A program made the position numbers and the translations under genes. Positions 6,364 through 15,079 of a stretch of 32,000 nt of DNA are shown one piece after another. The stretch lies in assembly GCA_016205145.1 (NCBI GenBank), contig JACQJH010000001.1:570001-602000 (forward strand), written 5' to 3'. How positions within the stretch are numbered: position 1 is the first letter of the stretch; the number at the start of each line of letters is the position of its first letter. The DNA comes from Candidatus Iainarchaeum sp. (GTDB lineage Archaea > Iainarchaeota > Iainarchaeia > Iainarchaeales > JACQJH01). The notes under the pieces are model-generated. The model was not told the DNA's origin, made no database searches, and was given only the letters and a program-made list of their open reading frames with translations.

Positions 6364-8301
6364 ATGGACAGGCGTTTCGCGCTTTTTGTTTTGGCTTTGC
6401 TTTTGCTCTGCGTTCCGCTGGTTTCAGCCAAATCCTATTACCTGCCGAAAGCGGAAGTTTTCATGTCGGTGCATGACGACGCTTCCATTGACGTGCAGGA
6501 AAACATAACTTTTTCGTTTTCTGGGCCATTTTCCTTTGCGTATCGGGACATTCCGAAAGGCCAATGGCAGGTCAGCGGAGTTTCGGTTTCGGAGAACGGC
6601 AGTCCCGTTGATTTCAGCTTTTTTGACAACGGTTCTGACGAGCGGATCAGGTGGAATTTTTCCGCGCAGGACGAGCAGCGCACTTTCACTTTGAAGTACC
6701 GGCTTGAACGCGCGGTAACGGCATACGACGATGTTGCTGAAATTTACTGGAAAGTCTGGAGCGCGGGCTGGGGCGTTCCGTTGAATGAATTGTACGGCTG
6801 GATTGAACTGCCGAAGGCGCCGGAAAACCCGAAAGACGTGTATTTGTGGGGCCACCCGGAAATCAACGGAAAGCTCGGCTTGGTTGAAGGCAACAAAATC
6901 CTGTTCCAGGCTTTCGGGATTCCAAGCGGCCAGTTTGTCGAAGTGCGCGCGGCTTTTCCAAGAAGCGTTTTGTCTTCAACGCGGTTTGCGGTTGTGAAAA
7001 GCGGGAACGGCCTGCAGAAGATAATCGATGATGAAAAGGATTTTGTTTACACGCCACAGGCCGCGGTTCCAAATCTGGTTGGCGGGCTTTTTTCGTTTTC
7101 TGCCATTGCGCTTTTGATTCTGTTTTTTTGGGGCTTGGCGGTGTTTTTTTCGCAGAGGTCTTTGGCAAGGGCAGTTTTTGGTGTTGTCGCCCTTGTTGTA
7201 GTTCTTTTTGCGGTTCTTCTCGTGCTGGTTGCGGTTTTGCTTAACCTTCTGAACGGCTTGCTTGCCCTTGCGCTCATTGCCGCGCCCATCCTGCTGTTTG
7301 TGGTTATCTGGCATTTTTTTGGCAGGGAACCGAAAATTGATTACAATGCAATTTACGAGCGCGAAGTGCCGTACGATTACAGTCCCGCGGTTGTAAGCGT
7401 TTTGATGAAGCAGTGGCCTTTTGCGCCCAGGCTGGACCAGATGGTCGGGGAAATCCTGCACTTGTGCCTGTTGAAAAGGCTCAAATTGGAGGAAATAAAA
7501 AAGCCGGGCCTGTTTTCGAAAGGCGAGTATAAAATCCACATTCTAAGAGGTTCGGATGAGGACCTGCCTGCAAGTGAGATAATGGTTATGGGTTTGATTC
7601 GCGGCGCCGCCGAGGGGAAGTTCGAGGGCATAATTTTCAGGCAGTTCAAGAAAGACGATTCGCCTGACGAGGTTTTGTTGTCCGAGATTGAATCCTATCT
7701 GCTCAATAACCGCGTGTTTGCAATGGTGTTTGCGCAGGGCTGGCCGAACGCTGTGAAAAAGGAATTCGACGCAATGGGATTTTCCTCGAAGTTTAACGGC
7801 ATCTGGCGTTATATCGCCGGCTCGCTTGTTTTGCTTGCAATAACTTATTTCATTATGCCAGTGCTGCTGATTTTGGTGGCAATAGAATTGTTTTCGTTGG
7901 TGGTGGTTTTTCCGGGCGCTTTGCCGAACCGCAGCAGGGAAGGCGCATTGCATTACGCGAAATGGAAGAATCTGCAGGGCTTTTTGAATGATTTCAGCAA
8001 TTTGAAAGAAGTGCCGCCGACAGCCATTGCATTGTGGGACCAGTACTTGGTCTATTCCATTCCGCTTGGCGTGGCGAAGAATGTGCAGAAGGCAATGGAT
8101 TACGCGTTCAAGGATTATTCCGGCAGTTACAATTCAAGCATTTTCATCGGTTCGGCTGCCGGCTTTTCGGCTTCGGGTTTCGGCGCGTCAATCGGCTCGT
8201 TTTCCTCTGCCTTTGCGTCCGCTGCTTCGACTTCCGGTTCGGGCGGTTTCGGCGGTGGCGGCGGAGGGGGCGGCGGTGGCGGTGGCGGCGGGGCAGGGTA
8301 A
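6364..8301 (+). CDS. DUF2207-type membrane protein with poly-Gly C-terminal tail
   Basis: Start set at 'MDRRFALFVLALLLLCVPLVSA' (signal/TM). Extracellular N-domain, then a TM block, 'GREPKIDY..YEREVPYDYSPAVV', further TMs, and a tail 'GSGGFGGGGGGGGGGGGGGAG'. This layout is what I recall for DUF2207. The track's 5860 start is an antisense-overlap artefact. Confidence 0.8.
   Translation: MDRRFALFVLALLLLCVPLVSAKSYYLPKAEVFMSVHDDASIDVQENITFSFSGPFSFAYRDIPKGQWQVSGVSVSENGSPVDFSFFDNGSDERIRWNFSAQDEQRTFTLKYRLERAVTAYDDVAEIYWKVWSAGWGVPLNELYGWIELPKAPENPKDVYLWGHPEINGKLGLVEGNKILFQAFGIPSGQFVEVRAAFPRSVLSSTRFAVVKSGNGLQKIIDDEKDFVYTPQAAVPNLVGGLFSFSAIALLILFFWGLAVFFSQRSLARAVFGVVALVVVLFAVLLVLVAVLLNLLNGLLALALIAAPILLFVVIWHFFGREPKIDYNAIYEREVPYDYSPAVVSVLMKQWPFAPRLDQMVGEILHLCLLKRLKLEEIKKPGLFSKGEYKIHILRGSDEDLPASEIMVMGLIRGAAEGKFEGIIFRQFKKDDSPDEVLLSEIESYLLNNRVFAMVFAQGWPNAVKKEFDAMGFSSKFNGIWRYIAGSLVLLAITYFIMPVLLILVAIELFSLVVVFPGALPNRSREGALHYAKWKNLQGFLNDFSNLKEVPPTAIALWDQYLVYSIPLGVAKNVQKAMDYAFKDYSGSYNSSIFIGSAAGFSASGFGASIGSFSSAFASAASTSGSGGFGGGGGGGGGGGGGGAG
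8236..8298 (+). repeat. GGN low-complexity tract encoding the poly-Gly tail
   Basis: Read directly: ggttcgggcggtttcggcggtggcggcggagggggcggcggtggcggtggcggcggggcaggg. Confidence 0.9.
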
Positions 8302-8310
8302 GTGATTGGA

Positions 8311-8625
8311 ATGGCGGGGCGTGAACCATCCGGAACAAGGCGTGCGGGCGCGCATCTTTTCCTCAAAAGTGCGTCGGTCAGATTCAGGGGCAGGAACATT
8401 CCGGTGAGGGATTTCTATTCGCACCTGCTGTCGACCGGCCCTGAAATAAGGCGGAAGCCGAACGACAAGCCATTGAACGTGCGTTTTTTTTACCGTACTC
8501 ATGGACTTTCACGGGAAGAGGCTTTTGCCGCCGAAGTGAGCAGGCTTTTGGGGCAGTATCCCGGCATGGGCAGGGCGCGAATTTTGAGGCAGGCGGAAGA
8601 AAACCTTGAGGGCTACGGGGAATGA
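8311..8625 (+). CDS. hypothetical basic protein (doubtful)
   Basis: The ORF continues in the same frame directly after the DUF2207 TAA. Arg-rich, no recognisable motif, no TATA box. All six frames are fairly open here. A T8 run at 8483-8490 lies inside it. Confidence 0.2.
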   Translation: MAGREPSGTRRAGAHLFLKSASVRFRGRNIPVRDFYSHLLSTGPEIRRKPNDKPLNVRFFYRTHGLSREEAFAAEVSRLLGQYPGMGRARILRQAEENLEGYGE

Positions 8626-9583
8626 GAGGGGCGGTTCTGTGAAAAATGTTTTCCCGCAAAGGCGTGCAGCGCGAAGGCAGGCGGCGGCAAGGCGGGCGTG
8701 CGGGCAAAGGCAGAGGCTTGAACGCGAAACTGGAGAAATTCCGCTTGCAGCGCGGCATTTTGAGAACTCGCTTGACGTGTGGCGCGGCGCCTTGGATAGG
8801 CATGATTTCTTTGCGGGGCATTCTTCGGCAATAGTGTCGTTGGCTGTGGAACGGCTTTTTCCGGACGTGCACGGCCTCCGTGTTCTGGCATTGGGCGACA
8901 ATTTTGGAGGCGAATATGCGAGAAACAATTTTCTGTCGGCGCTGAACAAGCGGGGCGCAAAAGGAGTTGATTTGGAGGGGCGCGTGCAGGATTTTGAGAG
9001 AAATTATGCTGGCAAAAAATTCGACCTCGTTTACGAATGCGACGTATTTAATATGGGTGCATTTGTGCATCCTGGATTTAATCCGCAAAACCTGATTTTA
9101 CGCGCATATGTTGATTGGTCGAGCAATTCCAATCCGGACGCCCTAGCGGCTTTGGCTTCTCTTCCGCGCACCCCGTCACAGGAGGAATCCCGTATTGCCG
9201 CCCGCCAGGCAGTGAAAAAGCTGTTAGGATCCGTTGCATATGGGGGGTATTTCGTTTCTGTGGACAATCGTTGGGACGGCCCGCTGCTGGACAAGGAATT
9301 CCTTGAAGGCCAAGGCTTTGAGGTCAAACGATTGTTCGTTCCGAGTACGGGCGGAATGATGGATAATATCCTTCTTGTGGCTAAGAGACGCCGCCCTCCG
9401 GCGGAAAAGCGCCTGTTTGGACAGCCCAAAAAGTTTTTGCAGGCAAAAGGCGAAACCCCAAAACGTTCCGATGGCAAAAAAACCGGTTTGCGCAGCCTTG
9501 CTGAAAGGTTTCCAAGAAAGCGCAAGGCAATTCTTCCGATTGGGGGCAACCTGAAATCCGTGCAACGCAAGGAAAAAATCTGA
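8606..9583 (+). CDS. hypothetical protein with degenerate class-I methyltransferase-like (Rossmann) core and Lys/Arg-rich C-terminal tail
   Basis: 'LRVLALGDNFGG' (degenerate motif I), 'KKFDLVYECDVFNM' and 'LLGSVAYGGYFVSV' (MTase-like later motifs). Tail 'KRRRPPAEKRLFGQPKKF...RKRKAILPIGG...QRKEKI'. The true start is uncertain: TTG 8606, or GTG 8639 with GAGGGG 8 nt upstream, or later. Confidence 0.5.
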   Translation: MRATGNERGGSVKNVFPQRRAARRQAAARRACGQRQRLERETGEIPLAARHFENSLDVWRGALDRHDFFAGHSSAIVSLAVERLFPDVHGLRVLALGDNFGGEYARNNFLSALNKRGAKGVDLEGRVQDFERNYAGKKFDLVYECDVFNMGAFVHPGFNPQNLILRAYVDWSSNSNPDALAALASLPRTPSQEESRIAARQAVKKLLGSVAYGGYFVSVDNRWDGPLLDKEFLEGQGFEVKRLFVPSTGGMMDNILLVAKRRRPPAEKRLFGQPKKFLQAKGETPKRSDGKKTGLRSLAERFPRKRKAILPIGGNLKSVQRKEKI

Positions 9584-9590
9584 CGCAATC

Positions 9591-10229
9591 TCAAAACCTG
9601 AGCGCTTCCATGGCTTTCTGCACGTCTTTTTCTTCTATCACAAAAAGCGTTTCCGTCCACGAGCTGAGCGTTTCGATGATGTTTATGCCGTTTTCGCTGA
9701 AGCGGCTGTACAGGAACGCAACCACGCCGGGCGTTGATTCGATTTCGCGGCCGGTTTTGAAAATGATTTCCACCAGGCCTTTTTTTTCGGAAACAATGGC
9801 GTGGCGGAATGCCTTTGAAATTTTTTCCGAAGACTCGTTCGAGGTTATCACGGTGTAGGCGGAACTTCCATGGACCAAATGAAGGGTTTCGCCTTTTTCC
9901 GCGATTTCGTTCACGAGGCGCGTGAGCTGGGATAGCTCGATGCCGGAGTCAAGCACCACAACGCTGATCTTGTTTTTCATTTCAAGCTTGCCCTTTTTCA
10001 AAAGTGAAACGATTTTGCCTTCAAGCTGCCTGCTCGGCGCGGCCTTTTCAGCAAGGCGGCGCAGCGCAACCACGACCGCTTCGAAATCCGCCTCTTTCAG
10101 CTTCTGCTCTTTGATGATTTTGCGTGCCAATGCCGAATAGTTGACGAGGCCCTGTTTCAGGCCTTCGGCTATGAACGGCTTTTCTGAAACGAACGCCTGA
10201 ACGGTTTTGGCAATGGACATTCCGGCCAT
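9591..10229 (-). CDS. ACT-domain protein with N-terminal HTH-like segment (predicted amino-acid-responsive regulator, COG2150-like)
   Basis: 212 aa. N-terminus 'GLKQGLVNYSALARKIIKE' looks HTH-like. C-terminus 'GLVEIIFKTGREIESTPGVVAFLYSRFSENGINIIETLS...FVIEEKDVQKAMEAL' is ACT-type. TTTTTAAG box 23 nt upstream of the ATG. Confidence 0.65.
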   Translation of the reverse strand: MAGMSIAKTVQAFVSEKPFIAEGLKQGLVNYSALARKIIKEQKLKEADFEAVVVALRRLAEKAAPSRQLEGKIVSLLKKGKLEMKNKISVVVLDSGIELSQLTRLVNEIAEKGETLHLVHGSSAYTVITSNESSEKISKAFRHAIVSEKKGLVEIIFKTGREIESTPGVVAFLYSRFSENGINIIETLSSWTETLFVIEEKDVQKAMEALRF

Positions 10230-10252
10230 GAAACAATTTGCATGGCAAAAAG

Positions 10253-10260
10253 CTTAAAAA
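10253..10260 (-). promoter_or_regulatory. TATA-like box (TTTTTAAG) for the ACT-domain gene
   Basis: 23 nt upstream of the ATG at 10229. Confidence 0.45.
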
Positions 10261-10311
10261 TGTCTAATTTTGGACAGTTTGTGTTTTTTTTGTCTTTTTT
10301 GGGGCGTCAGC

Positions 10312-10334
10312 TATTTAAATGCCGGGCGAGGCAT
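10312..10334 (+). promoter_or_regulatory. TATA-like box (TATTTAAAT) overlapping the palindrome ATGCC-N6-GGCAT, upstream of argG
   Basis: TATTTAAAT at 10312-10320. ATGCC at 10319-10323 and GGCAT at 10330-10334. About 75 nt upstream of the argG ATG; GGCAT recurs at about 10369. Confidence 0.35.
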
Positions 10335-10394
10335 TCATTGTATTGCTCATTTGCCTGCTTGCAGGTTTGGCATTTTTTTAAAGGTGGGTTTTTT

Positions 10395-11636
10395 ATGGCT
10401 GGAAACAAAAAGGTTGTCCTGGCGTACTCCGGCGGCCTGGACACGAGCGTTATCGTGAAATGGCTTGCCGACAAGGGCTATGACGTCATAGCAGTGACCG
10501 TCGACCTTGGGCAGAACGACGATTTGAACCTGAAGGGAAAGGCTCTGGCGAGCGGGGCGAAAAAATTCTATCTCGTTGACGCAAAAGAAGAATTCGTGAA
10601 GGAAGGCGTTTTCCAGTGCCTGAAAGCGGAGGCGAAATATGAGGGACGTTACCTTCTTGGCACAAGCATTGCCCGCCCTTTCATCATGAAAAAGCTTGTT
10701 GAAATCGCCAAAAAGGAAAATACGAACATTCTGGCTCACGGCGCAACCGGAAAAGGCAACGACCAGTGCAGGTTCGAACTCACGGCCTATGCGCTCATGC
10801 CGAATGCGGAAATAATCGCGCCCTGGCGCATAAAGGAATTCCGCGATTTGATTCCGGGGCGCAAGGAAGCAATCGATTTTGCGAAAAAGCACTCGATTCC
10901 TGTGGATGCGTCACCGAAAAAGCCGTGGAGCACGGACCCGAACGTTGCGCACCGCTCGCATGAAGCCGGCTTGCTGGAAGACCCGGCTTTTGAGCATTCA
11001 AGCGAAATGTATCAGATGACAAAGGCGATGGAAAGCGCGCCTGACAAGCCGGCGTTTGTCAGCGTCGGTTTCGAGGACGGCATTCCAGTTTCGGTTAACG
11101 GCAAGAAATTGAAGCCAGTCGAACTGCTTGAAACCCTGAACAAAATCGGCGGAGAGAATGGCGTCGGCGTTGTCGACATGGTCGAGAACCGTTTCGTGGG
11201 AATGAAAAGCCGGGGCGTCTACGAGGCGCCGGGCGCAACGATTTTGTACGCCGGCCACCGCGACCTTGAAGGAATTACAATGGACCGCGGCCTGATGCAT
11301 TTGCGCGACTCGCTCATTCCGCGCTACTCCGAACTGGTTTATTTCGGCTTCTGGTGCTCGCGCGAACTGCAGGCATTGAATGCGTTTGTGGACGCGTCGC
11401 AGAAAGGCGTTTCCGGTGAAGTGAAACTGAAACTCTTCAAGGGCAGCTGCATTCCGGTTGGCCGCAAAAGCCCGTACAGCCTGTATGACGAAAGCATTGC
11501 GACAATGGAAGCCGGCGGCTCTTACAATCAGGATGACGCCACGGGTTTCCTGAAAATCCAGGGCCTGCCATTGAAAATCCAGTCGAAGGTCAATGAAAAG
11601 CTTGGCATAAAATTTTTCGGGCAGGAAACGAAATGA
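10395..11636 (+). CDS. argG: argininosuccinate synthase
   Basis: 'KVVLAYSGGLDTSV' (N-type ATP PPase motif), 'AHGATGKGNDQCRFE', 'VENRFVGMKSRGVYE'. Start set at ATG 10395 (AAGGTGGG upstream), not at track position 10242. Confidence 0.95.
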   Translation: MAGNKKVVLAYSGGLDTSVIVKWLADKGYDVIAVTVDLGQNDDLNLKGKALASGAKKFYLVDAKEEFVKEGVFQCLKAEAKYEGRYLLGTSIARPFIMKKLVEIAKKENTNILAHGATGKGNDQCRFELTAYALMPNAEIIAPWRIKEFRDLIPGRKEAIDFAKKHSIPVDASPKKPWSTDPNVAHRSHEAGLLEDPAFEHSSEMYQMTKAMESAPDKPAFVSVGFEDGIPVSVNGKKLKPVELLETLNKIGGENGVGVVDMVENRFVGMKSRGVYEAPGATILYAGHRDLEGITMDRGLMHLRDSLIPRYSELVYFGFWCSRELQALNAFVDASQKGVSGEVKLKLFKGSCIPVGRKSPYSLYDESIATMEAGGSYNQDDATGFLKIQGLPLKIQSKVNEKLGIKFFGQETK

Positions 11637-11667
11637 ATGAAAAAATGATTTTGGGGCATGATGCAGA

Positions 11668-12876
11668 ATGAAACTGTGGGACAAGGGCGGAAAAGGCGTT
11701 GACCCGCAAATTGGGGCGTTCACTGTCGGCAACGATTACATCATTGACAAGAAGCTTGCCAAATTTGATGCCATTGCGAGCATTGTGCACGCTAAAATGC
11801 TTGTGAAGGCGGGCTTCCTTTCTTCGTCAGAGGCGAAAAAGCTCGAGGGCGCGCTGAAGGAAATCATTGCGCTTGCTGAGGAAGGTAAATTCGAGATTTT
11901 GCAGGAGGATGAGGACTGCCACACCGCGATTGAAAAGTTTTTGACGAAAAAGCTTGGCGAAACCGGCAAGAAGATTCACGCGTGCCGGTCGCGCAATGAC
12001 CAGGTCATGGCGGCACTGCGCCTTTACTCGAAAAGCGAATGCGCGGAGATTGCGAAATCTTTGGAGAAGCTGATTGCGGCATTGAAGGAATTCGGCAAAA
12101 AAAACAACGACGTGAAAATGCCCGGTTACACGCATCTGCAGAAGGCAATGCCTTCATCGGTTTCGTTGTGGGCCGGCGCGTTTGCCGGTGCCTTGCAGGA
12201 TGACCTTGCATTGCTGGAATTCTCGCAAAAGCTGGTTGACCAGAATCCTTTGGGGAGCGCTGCCGGTTACGGCGTTCCCGTTGCGATTGACCGCAAGCTG
12301 TCGACAAAACTGCTGGGCTTTTCCAAACTGCAGGAAAACGCATTGTATTGCGCGAATTCGCGCGGAAAATTTGAGGCGATTGTCCTTTCGGCGTGCGTGC
12401 AGGTTTCGCTTGACTTGAACAAGCTGGCAACTGATTTGCAATTGTTTTCCATGCCTGAATTCGGCTATTTTGAATTGCCTGAAGAATTGTGCACCGGCTC
12501 AAGCATAATGCCGCAGAAAAAGAATCCTGACGTTCTGGAACTGGTGCGCGCCAAAAGCCATGTCGTGCAAGGCGAATTGTTCAAGGTCCTCGGCATTGTC
12601 TCGAACCTGCCTTCAGGCTACAACCGCGATTTCCAGCTCACGAAAGAACCGTTCTTCAACGGCCTTGAAACAACGAAAGCTTCATTGCAGGTCATGGCAT
12701 TGGCTGTTTCAAAGCTGAAGGTTGACAAGTGGAAGTGCGAGAATGCCCTCACAGCCGAATTGTTTGCAACCGAAAACGCCTTGAAAAAGGCGAAAGCCGG
12801 AATGCCGTTCCGCGAAGCGTACAAGGAAGCGGCGAAGGAACTGCTTGAAGGTAAAGGCAAGGCGAAAGGTGAATGA
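11668..12876 (+). CDS. argH: argininosuccinate lyase (short form, 402 aa)
   Basis: 'HACRSRNDQV', 'MPGYTHLQKAMP', fumarate-lyase signature 'GSSIMPQKKNPDVLELVR', 'GMPFREAY'. The protein ends 17 aa after PFREAY. Confidence 0.92.
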   Translation: MKLWDKGGKGVDPQIGAFTVGNDYIIDKKLAKFDAIASIVHAKMLVKAGFLSSSEAKKLEGALKEIIALAEEGKFEILQEDEDCHTAIEKFLTKKLGETGKKIHACRSRNDQVMAALRLYSKSECAEIAKSLEKLIAALKEFGKKNNDVKMPGYTHLQKAMPSSVSLWAGAFAGALQDDLALLEFSQKLVDQNPLGSAAGYGVPVAIDRKLSTKLLGFSKLQENALYCANSRGKFEAIVLSACVQVSLDLNKLATDLQLFSMPEFGYFELPEELCTGSSIMPQKKNPDVLELVRAKSHVVQGELFKVLGIVSNLPSGYNRDFQLTKEPFFNGLETTKASLQVMALAVSKLKVDKWKCENALTAELFATENALKKAKAGMPFREAYKEAAKELLEGKGKAKGE

Positions 12877-12877
12877 A

Positions 12878-13810
12878 ATGGCGAAGGATGGCAAGGCTGT
12901 AAAAAAAACCAGTGCAATTGATTTTTTGACCGGCAAGGAATTGTCGCCGAAGCAGGCTGAAAAGCTTTTGGATTTGGCAGTGAATGTCAAAAAGAATCCG
13001 GCAAAATTTTCCGGCGCCTTGAAGAACAAGACTCTTGCAATGCTTTTCCAGAAGACTTCGACGCGCACGCGCATGTCGTTCGAAGCGGGAATGACGCGCC
13101 TGGGCGGGCATGCGATTTTCCTGGACTGGCGCACTACAAACCTCGCGCTTGGCGCGCTGAAAGACGAAGTGAAGTCGATGGAACGTTATTCCGACATTCT
13201 GATGGCGCGCGTTTTCAAGCATGAGGATATCCTTGCAATAGCAGAGGCCTCGTCAAAGCCGGTCATAAACGGCTTGTGCGACAAATGGCATCCGTGCCAG
13301 GCTCTCGCGGACTATTTGACGGTCAAGGAAAAGCTTGGCAAGGTGAAGGGCAAAAAGATTGCGTTCGTCGGCGACGGCAACAATGTGTGCAATTCCCTGA
13401 TTGTGATTGGCGCCTTGCTGGGGGCAAAGGTTTCCATTGCAACGCCCAAGGGATTTGAGCCTTCGCAGGACGCGGTTTCGTTCGCAAAAGGCCTTGGCGC
13501 CGAACTGTTCATTTGCAATGATGCTAGCCTGGCGGCGAAAGGCGCGGACGTCGTTTACACTGACACCTGGGTTTCAATGGGCCAGGAAGCGGATGCGCAG
13601 AAAAAGAACGAGGCGTTCAAGCCGTTCCAGGTGACAAGGGAAATTCTTGGCAATGCTTACTTCATGCACTGCCTGCCGGCGCACCGCGGCTATGAGATGA
13701 CAGACGAAGTGATTGACTCGCCCAAGTCGATTGTTTTCGACCAGGCGGAGAACCGCATGCATGCGCAAAATGCTTTGATTCTTTGGATGCTTGGAAAGGC
13801 AAAAATTTAA
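12878..13810 (+). CDS. argF: ornithine carbamoyltransferase
   Basis: 'FQKTSTRTRMSFE', 'HPCQALAD', 'DTWVSMGQE', 'HCLPAHRGYE'. ATG lies 1 nt after the argH stop. Confidence 0.93.
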   Translation: MAKDGKAVKKTSAIDFLTGKELSPKQAEKLLDLAVNVKKNPAKFSGALKNKTLAMLFQKTSTRTRMSFEAGMTRLGGHAIFLDWRTTNLALGALKDEVKSMERYSDILMARVFKHEDILAIAEASSKPVINGLCDKWHPCQALADYLTVKEKLGKVKGKKIAFVGDGNNVCNSLIVIGALLGAKVSIATPKGFEPSQDAVSFAKGLGAELFICNDASLAAKGADVVYTDTWVSMGQEADAQKKNEAFKPFQVTREILGNAYFMHCLPAHRGYEMTDEVIDSPKSIVFDQAENRMHAQNALILWMLGKAKI

Positions 13811-13836
13811 CGAAAATGCGGTGTATGTTTGGGGTC

Positions 13837-15030
13837 ATGAAAATGGCAAGCTTCAGGGTTTTGGATGGAAAAGGCATTACCTGCGTGAAAGGCATAAAGG
13901 CTGTAGGAAAGTTTGCGGGCATCAAGTCGAGCCGCAAGGACTTCTGCGTTGTCGCTTCAGATGCGCCCGCCGCAATGGCCGCTGTTTTCACGCAGAACAC
14001 CGCGCGCGCGCCGCCCGTCATTCTCGGCTTGGAGCGCCTGAAGCATGGAAAATGCCAGGCATTGAATGTCGTTTCCGGCGTAGCGAATGCAGGCACCGGA
14101 AAGGAAGGCTTGAAAAACGCAAAACTGCAGGCGAAACTTCTGGCTGATGAACTTGGCATTTCTGAAAAGCTTGCCATGGTGGGTTCGACCGGCATTATCG
14201 GAAAGCAGATGCCCATGGCAAAAATCGAGTCCGCGATGAATGGCGTGAAAGGCGAATTGTCTGATTCGGAGAAGGCGGGGATGTCTGCGGTTGAGGCGAT
14301 TATGACAACTGACACGAAGCCGAAGTTCATTGCGGTCCAGGCGAACGGTTTTGCCGTTGCGGGCATGGCGAAGGGTTCCGGCATGATCGCGCCCAATATG
14401 GCGACAATGCTTTGCTACATTTTCACGGACGCCGCCGTTGGGCAGAATGATTTGCAGGCAGGCCTTTCAAAGGCTGTTGAAAAAAGCTTCAACTGCATTT
14501 CCGTTGACGCGTGCGAGTCGACAAACGATACCGTGCTATTGCTTGCGAACGGCCTGTCCGGAAAAAGGCCTTCGCAAAAGGAATTTCAGGAAGCATTGGA
14601 TTTTGTCTGCCTGGATCTGGCTAAAAAAATCGTTTTGGATGGGGAAGGCGCAAGCAAGATGTTTTCCGCGACAGTCAGGGGTGCAAGGGATTTTGGCAAG
14701 GCGAAGGAAATGGCTCTGGCCATTGTAAAGTCAGACCTTGTCAAGACCGCGGTTTTCGGCAACGACCCGAACTGGGGGCGCGTTTTGCAGGCAATCGGCC
14801 AGACGCGCATTCCATTCGAAATGGAAACGCTTGCCATTTTTTTCGGAAAGGTTCAGGTTGTGAAAAACGGCCTTGCCGCGGACTTCAATCTGCAGGCAGC
14901 GCAGACGGAAATGTCGAAAAGCGGTTTTGAGATTATCGTGATTGCGGGCAACGGAAAAGGCGAGGCAACCGCTTACGGCTGCGATCTGACTGAAGGCTAC
15001 ATCAAGGTCAATGCGGAGTACCCGACCTGA
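13837..15030 (+). CDS. argJ: bifunctional ornithine acetyltransferase / N-acetylglutamate synthase
   Basis: 'GFAVAGMAKGSGMIAPNMATMLCYIFTDA' (autoprocessing A|TML site), 'GNDPNWGR', C-terminal 'GYIKVNAEY'. Start ambiguous among ATGs at 13816, 13825, 13837 and 13843. Confidence 0.92.
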   Translation: MKMASFRVLDGKGITCVKGIKAVGKFAGIKSSRKDFCVVASDAPAAMAAVFTQNTARAPPVILGLERLKHGKCQALNVVSGVANAGTGKEGLKNAKLQAKLLADELGISEKLAMVGSTGIIGKQMPMAKIESAMNGVKGELSDSEKAGMSAVEAIMTTDTKPKFIAVQANGFAVAGMAKGSGMIAPNMATMLCYIFTDAAVGQNDLQAGLSKAVEKSFNCISVDACESTNDTVLLLANGLSGKRPSQKEFQEALDFVCLDLAKKIVLDGEGASKMFSATVRGARDFGKAKEMALAIVKSDLVKTAVFGNDPNWGRVLQAIGQTRIPFEMETLAIFFGKVQVVKNGLAADFNLQAAQTEMSKSGFEIIVIAGNGKGEATAYGCDLTEGYIKVNAEYPT

Positions 15031-15079
15031 ATTGTATTATGGGCTCTGATTGGTTTATGGGATTTTTGTTGGTGGAAGA

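Noticed and set aside
8127-8399. ORF encoding a poly-Pro run (PPPPPPPPPPPPPP), and the overlapping 8144..8338 and 8188..8502 ORFs
   Set aside because: These are simply the reverse complement of the GGN tract encoding the poly-Gly tail of the DUF2207 protein.
8302-8640. Possible SRP (7S) RNA or another known structured RNA in the G+C-rich stretch
   Set aside because: I could not find the helix-8 GGAAG..AGCA-type motif, Alu-domain loops or a convincing long-range terminal helix on either strand. Only short local hairpins are present. It is left as an open finding rather than a call.
10242-10394. 51-codon upstream extension of argG, and similar extensions of argC (16129..16254), argB, argD, argJ and argF
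   Set aside because: The conserved N-termini of the enzymes begin at internal ATGs preceded by purine-rich SD-like sequences. The extensions overlap promoters or the preceding gene.
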